A DNA stretch of 64,000 bases from a virus. A program made the translations under genes and the position numbers. The DNA is taken from the IMG/VR virus record IMGVR_UViG_3300009181_004605, positions 5,133-69,132 of that record; one strand, 5' to 3'. Each line of letters starts with the position of its first letter. Position 1 is the first letter of the stretch. Of the stretch, positions 59,209-64,000 are shown piece after piece. The notes under the pieces were generated by a model. The model worked only from the letters and a program-made list of their open reading frames with translations, was not told the origin of the DNA and searched no databases.

Positions 59209-60038
59209 TTTATTGCATTTGGTATCCGAGCGGTGGGTTTGGACATTTTGTAAATGTGGTGCTAACACTGCATGGTAAAAATTTTCATCAAACAACAGAT
59301 ACCGATGCACATCCAGCTAAAAATGGAAATTTTCATAATTTTAAATTAGCAGTACCAAAATATTTTCATGATCCAGAAACATATCAATTCGAGTTTGATC
59401 AATCTAAAAATTATTCAGTATTGATTGATAACGGTATTAACAATGAGACAGAAAGTTTTAGAAACACATTTCCAGATAGTCAAACTATTAAAATATGTTA
59501 TTCAGATTTTTCTTGGCCTGTTGTGGCAAAAACTATGATAATTAAAGCACAACAATTAGATTTTGAGAAAGAGATACAGCCTGATGATATTAACTGGAAA
59601 AGTAATGAAGACTGGGCTATTAGAGAAAAATATTTCTTATATCTTAAAGATCATTATCTAAGAAATCAATGGAAACCAAACAATGACAGCAATCTTATGA
59701 TTGAAGATATTCTTGATTATCGGCTATTCTGGCAGCGGTTAACACAATTTGGCATAGAAGTAGATAACTTTTCTCTACTATGGGATAGTTGGGCAATAAG
59801 CAATACGGAATACACACAGCCCGTAATTACTGCACAAAATATTATTAAATCCGTAAAACAAGATATTCCTATGGATATTAGTGGATTATCGTTATGGACA
59901 CAAGCGGTAGTTAATTATTATATTTGGCTTACTTATAATTATGAAATTCCGGCCAATGATTTTTCTGCATGGTTTGAGAATACACAACAAATTAAAAATT
60001 TATTAAAGGATAACTGTGAATCCCAATATATTAGTTAG
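59205..60038 (+). CDS. hypothetical protein, possible P-loop/sulfotransferase-like fold
   Basis: N-terminal CIWYPSGGFGHF glycine loop; AT-rich; ATGA coupled. Confidence 0.5.
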   Translation: MIYCIWYPSGGFGHFVNVVLTLHGKNFHQTTDTDAHPAKNGNFHNFKLAVPKYFHDPETYQFEFDQSKNYSVLIDNGINNETESFRNTFPDSQTIKICYSDFSWPVVAKTMIIKAQQLDFEKEIQPDDINWKSNEDWAIREKYFLYLKDHYLRNQWKPNNDSNLMIEDILDYRLFWQRLTQFGIEVDNFSLLWDSWAISNTEYTQPVITAQNIIKSVKQDIPMDISGLSLWTQAVVNYYIWLTYNYEIPANDFSAWFENTQQIKNLLKDNCESQYIS

Positions 60039-60588
60039 AGATGACAAGTTTTTATCTCCTAGTGAGATAGATGTATATCAAAAATTATTGCCCGGACGCT
60101 GGACTATGGGACCATCTGTAACAGATATAAAATATTTTTCGAAAGATTTATATCGACATTATAACTGGGATGGTGATTGGGCGGCTGCAAGATGGTTAGA
60201 TTCATCGGAACCGGATTGGGAAATATTATATGCTAAAATAGCCAAGTTGTTGCCCAATCATTATGTACATTGGATAGATTTAAAAATTACCCCGCCGCTG
60301 TGTACCGGAACTCCCACGCATCGCGACAAAGACCCGTGGACCATCGGCGGTGATACCGGTAAGTTTTCACGTGCCATTTCAATTCTTTGTAATTTAAATC
60401 ATACCTGGGAACCTTGCTGGGGAGGAGATTTTGTGTTATACTCTAATTACAATACTGTATATACAAAAATACCGATTGTTCCTGGACAATTGTTAATTAT
60501 GGAGAACTGTAAACATAGTATATCGCCTATTACTCAGCCTGATAGGTGTCGAATTAGTTTTATATTACATGTGCTAGAATATAAATGA
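60016..60588 (+). CDS. 2OG-Fe(II) oxygenase (prolyl-hydroxylase-like)
   Basis: THRD, LN..W...WGG, PG.L....H.I.P, RISF. Confidence 0.8.
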   Translation: MNPNILVRDDKFLSPSEIDVYQKLLPGRWTMGPSVTDIKYFSKDLYRHYNWDGDWAAARWLDSSEPDWEILYAKIAKLLPNHYVHWIDLKITPPLCTGTPTHRDKDPWTIGGDTGKFSRAISILCNLNHTWEPCWGGDFVLYSNYNTVYTKIPIVPGQLLIMENCKHSISPITQPDRCRISFILHVLEYK

Positions 60589-62348
60589 TACAAATACGCA
60601 ATCTTACTGTAAAAAACTTTATGAGTGTAGGCAATGCCACACAAGCCATTGACTTTGATCGATCAGATCTTACGTTAGTATTGGGCGAAAATCTAGACCT
60701 TGGCGGTGATGGATCTAGGAACGGTACAGGAAAAACTACAATTATCAATGCATTAAGTTATTCTCTATATGGACAAGCACTTAGTAATATTCGTAAAGAT
60801 AATCTTGTAAATAAAACCAATGCGAAAAATATGTTGGTTAGCTTAGATTTTTCGGTAAGTGGACAAGAGTATCGTATTGAGCGTGGTCGTAAACCAAATA
60901 TCTTAAAGTTTTATGTTAATAATCACGAGCAAGAGGCTGCGGACGATAGTCAAGGCGATAGTCGAGAGACGCAGGATACTATAGAAGCTACACTTGGTAT
61001 GAGCCATGATATGTTTAAACATATCTTAGCATTAAACACATACACAGAGCCGTTCCTTAGTCTTAAATCGCAAGATCAACGTACCATCATCGAACAACTG
61101 TTAGGCATAACGGTGCTTAGTGAACGTGCAGAACGTGTTAAAGAACTTAACAAGACTACCAAGGATGCAATTACACAGGAAGAATTCCGAATACGAGCTG
61201 TTATAGAAGCCAATAAACGTATTGAAGAACAGATTGAAAGTCTCCGCAAACGGCAAAAGTTATGGACCGCCACACGCGATGCCGATGTTGTGCGGTTGCA
61301 GCAAGCAGTGACAGATCTCGAACATATCGAAATTGATGATGAGATACAGGCGCACAGAGATCTTGAGGCGTATAATTTAAAACAAAAATCTATCGCCGAT
61401 ATTACTAAGTCTTTACAGGTTGCAACGGCGGCGATTAATAAACAAGCGAAACTGATTGATAGGCTACAGAAGGATATAGAGGCTCTTGACAAGCACACTT
61501 GCTATGCGTGTGGACATGAATTACACGATGACAAACAGGATGAAATTCGGTGGGAGAAGCAAACAGCATTAGAAGAAGCATTAACTTCAGAAGTGGTTGA
61601 TGGTGTGATTAGAGACGATTTAGAAAAAACTCTAACTGCCTTGGGATCTTTAGGTACAGCACCAAAGGTATTTTATGATACTCTTGAGCTGGCTCTTAAT
61701 CATCGTAACAGTGTCGATACACTACGTAAAGATTTGGATAGACGTGCCACTGACATTGATCCATATGGTGATCAGATTGTTGAGATGCAAGGTCATGCTT
61801 TGCAATCAGTCACATATGATGTTGTGAACGAACTAACCCGGCTGCAAGAACATCAAGAATTCTTGCTCAAGTTGCTGACCAGCAAGGACAGTTTTATCCG
61901 GAAGAAAATTATCGAACAGAATCTCAGCTATCTAAATGCCAGGCTCACACATTATCTTGAGCGTATTGGCTTGCCACATACTGTGGTGTTTCAAAACGAT
62001 CTTACTGTGCAAATTGAAGAGTTAGGTCGTGAACTGGATTTTGACAATTTGTCAAGGGGAGAACGTAATCGTCTTATCCTCAGTCTAAGCTGGGCATTCC
62101 GTGATGTTTGGGAAAGTTTATATCAACCCATCAATGTCTTGTTTGTGGATGAGATGATTGATTCTGGATTAGATACACAAGGTGTAGAAAATGCGTTGGC
62201 CTTGCTAAAGAAGATGAGCAGAGAAAGACGCAAGAGTATATGGCTGGTAAGTCATAGAGATGAGCTTGCTGGGCGTGTTGAGAACATATTACGTGTGGTT
62301 AAATCTGGTGGCTTTACAGAATATAGCACAGATGTAGAAATTGTGTAA
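60585..62348 (+). CDS. recombination ATPase subunit (gp46/SbcC/Rad50-like)
   Basis: KNFMSVG, Walker A NGTGKTT, coiled coil with CYAC zinc hook, LSRGE signature, LFVDE Walker B, VSH. Confidence 0.93.
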   Translation: MIQIRNLTVKNFMSVGNATQAIDFDRSDLTLVLGENLDLGGDGSRNGTGKTTIINALSYSLYGQALSNIRKDNLVNKTNAKNMLVSLDFSVSGQEYRIERGRKPNILKFYVNNHEQEAADDSQGDSRETQDTIEATLGMSHDMFKHILALNTYTEPFLSLKSQDQRTIIEQLLGITVLSERAERVKELNKTTKDAITQEEFRIRAVIEANKRIEEQIESLRKRQKLWTATRDADVVRLQQAVTDLEHIEIDDEIQAHRDLEAYNLKQKSIADITKSLQVATAAINKQAKLIDRLQKDIEALDKHTCYACGHELHDDKQDEIRWEKQTALEEALTSEVVDGVIRDDLEKTLTALGSLGTAPKVFYDTLELALNHRNSVDTLRKDLDRRATDIDPYGDQIVEMQGHALQSVTYDVVNELTRLQEHQEFLLKLLTSKDSFIRKKIIEQNLSYLNARLTHYLERIGLPHTVVFQNDLTVQIEELGRELDFDNLSRGERNRLILSLSWAFRDVWESLYQPINVLFVDEMIDSGLDTQGVENALALLKKMSRERRKSIWLVSHRDELAGRVENILRVVKSGGFTEYSTDVEIV

Positions 62349-62394
62349 GCCATGATAATAATTACATATTTGCAAATGATAGCTAAGTATCAGT

Positions 62395-62844
62395 ATGGAG
62401 TTAGGACATTGGAATTTTCCGCATGAATTTGACATTGCAGATTGGTTTGGATTTATCTACAGGATTACCGAACTCAACACTGGACGGCAATACATCGGGA
62501 AAAAACAATTTTTCTCAAACAGAACAAAAAAAGTTGTTGGAAAAAAGAATAGAAAGCATTACAAAAAAGAGTCTGATTGGAAAAAATACACCGGATCCAG
62601 CGTTGAGCTTAATAAATCCATTGAGCAGTATGGCATGGATAACTATCAATTTGATATTGAATCGTTGCATGCCAGTAAGGGCACATTACATTACCGTGAA
62701 GTCGAAGTACAGATTATGGAGAATGTAATGCGAGAAAGACTTGCTTCTGGCGTAAGAATGTATTATAATGGACATGTAAGTGCTGTTAAGTTTGCACCCA
62801 CACCAGAAACACTTGAAGAATCAAAAATGAAACGTATTGCATAA
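62395..62844 (+). CDS. GIY-YIG family endonuclease (Seg-like)
   Basis: GFIYRIT...TGRQYIGKK, W..YTGS, conserved Glu and YYNG. Confidence 0.8.
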   Translation: MELGHWNFPHEFDIADWFGFIYRITELNTGRQYIGKKQFFSNRTKKVVGKKNRKHYKKESDWKKYTGSSVELNKSIEQYGMDNYQFDIESLHASKGTLHYREVEVQIMENVMRERLASGVRMYYNGHVSAVKFAPTPETLEESKMKRIA

Positions 62845-63879
62845 ATGCAAAAAAATGGATTTAAATTAATTATATTTGTTGGTGATGTTGACGTGTCGGT
62901 TGCCATCAAAGCTAAGTCGTATTACGATGATGCATATTTAATTACAAGTGATAATTTAAAAATTCTGTTAAATTTATCATTTACATCCAATAATGTTATC
63001 TATACTAGCCTTGGAGATTTATCTAATTTAGATGTATTTGAAAATCTGTTACTGCAAGCCGATGAAATAATATATGAGCCACCGGTTGTTTGGTCTGATG
63101 GTAAATCTATAAACACATTAGATCCCGAGGACTGCATCAAGGGTAAAACCGAAGGAATCTTAATAAAATTATCTGATTCAATTTTAATTAAAAATATCGA
63201 ATATGCATATCTAATACCAACTGTAGTTCCATTAGTAGCAACTCGATTAACACATAATTCTCAATTATGGATTGCAGGCTGTAGCATTTCTCATGGCATA
63301 GGGGTTTCAGAATCTGAACGATTTGGTGCGCTTGTTGCAGTAGAACTAGATCAAGAAGTTAGTTTTTTAACCCGTGTAGGATCAAGTATTAATTGGGCAG
63401 CTGATCAAATTATTCGATCAGATTTACAAGAAAATGATACTGTTATATGGGGGATAACTTGTAATGAACGGATAATGTATATCCATGAAGATACATTAAT
63501 GCCCGGTGTTTCTCCCACAGCTTATAAACTTCATAAAAACTTAGAAAAAATTGTGCCGATAAGTACATTATTAACGCAGAATACTTTTTACACTAACATC
63601 TATGCAATTGAACGTGTTATTAATTTTTGTCGTAAACTTAACGTTAATCTTTTAATGATAGGCATAATACCAAGCGCAATTTCTGTACGCTATTTAAAAT
63701 CAAAAAAAGAGTATCACCACTATCCATATAAATTATCAAATACCAAAGAATGGGCAATGGGAAATAATTCATATATATATTTCGAAGATCTTGGTTCTGA
63801 TAATTGGCATCCTGGCACCGTCCAACACCAAAGTTACAAAAATTTCATTCTTAAACACCTAAAATATAGCAGTACATAG
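62845..63879 (+). CDS. SGNH/GDSL-hydrolase-like protein
   Basis: AGCSISHG (block I Ser), GSS, C-terminal D..HPG; AT-rich. Confidence 0.55.
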   Translation: MQKNGFKLIIFVGDVDVSVAIKAKSYYDDAYLITSDNLKILLNLSFTSNNVIYTSLGDLSNLDVFENLLLQADEIIYEPPVVWSDGKSINTLDPEDCIKGKTEGILIKLSDSILIKNIEYAYLIPTVVPLVATRLTHNSQLWIAGCSISHGIGVSESERFGALVAVELDQEVSFLTRVGSSINWAADQIIRSDLQENDTVIWGITCNERIMYIHEDTLMPGVSPTAYKLHKNLEKIVPISTLLTQNTFYTNIYAIERVINFCRKLNVNLLMIGIIPSAISVRYLKSKKEYHHYPYKLSNTKEWAMGNNSYIYFEDLGSDNWHPGTVQHQSYKNFILKHLKYSST

Positions 63880-64000
63880 GCATAACACAATAACAGACTC
63901 TGTGGCAAGCGATATGGTTTGCCCCCATTGAGGAACGGTGAGAGACCCGGTCCGGAAAATCTTGGGCGTCATAGGTAATAGCTAACTTAGGCTAAAAGAA
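63880..64000 (+). ncRNA. candidate structured non-coding RNA (5' part, truncated by window)
   Basis: GC-richer than the flanking gene, no ORF in the track; hairpin GGCAAGC-GATATG-GTTTGCC (63904-63923), GGT-GAGAG-ACC mini-hairpin, CCGG-T-CCGG. Confidence 0.35.

Noticed and set aside
60585-62348. Intein or intron in gp46 or thyX
   Set aside because: Both have normal length and continuous motifs, with no intein splice signatures
1-64000. Alternative genetic code (stop codon reassignment)
   Set aside because: Code 11 gives near-complete coding density, and TAA, TGA and TAG all end well-supported genes
63880-64000. tRNA, tmRNA or RNase P RNA call
   Set aside because: No cloverleaf or T-loop; GAGGAAC only loosely resembles the RNase P GAGGAAAGUCC motif; kept only as a generic ncRNA candidate

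Overview
A gene-dense 64-kb segment of a large (jumbo-type, myovirus-like) tailed phage genome, standard genetic code, with many ATGA/TAATG translational couplings. Left (1-7.2 kb, +): MoxR-like AAA ATPase/VWA pair, thyX, 2OG-Fe(II) oxygenase, methyltransferase and sugar aminotransferase. About 4.6-26.5 kb: a ~22-kb biosynthesis-like island with six N-terminal-twitch radical SAM enzymes, six glycosyltransferase-like proteins in three paralog pairs, an amidinotransferase, a Kae1-domain-only carbamoyltransferase coupled to an unannotated 33-aa peptide, and a PBP-type D-Ala-D-Ala peptidase. 26.6-57.1 kb (-): tail/baseplate module including a 4875-aa giant protein and gp6-, gp25-, gp5- and gp53-like genes. 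57.2-64 kb (+): gp55-like late sigma factor, gp47/gp46 (Mre11/Rad50-like) nuclease, GIY-YIG nuclease, SGNH-like protein and the start of a probable structured non-coding RNA. Both sigma70-type promoters and a recurrent TAAATA/TAAGTA late-promoter-like motif are visible. No tRNA, rRNA or CRISPR array was seen. All product calls rest on motif recognition by eye; no database searches were run.
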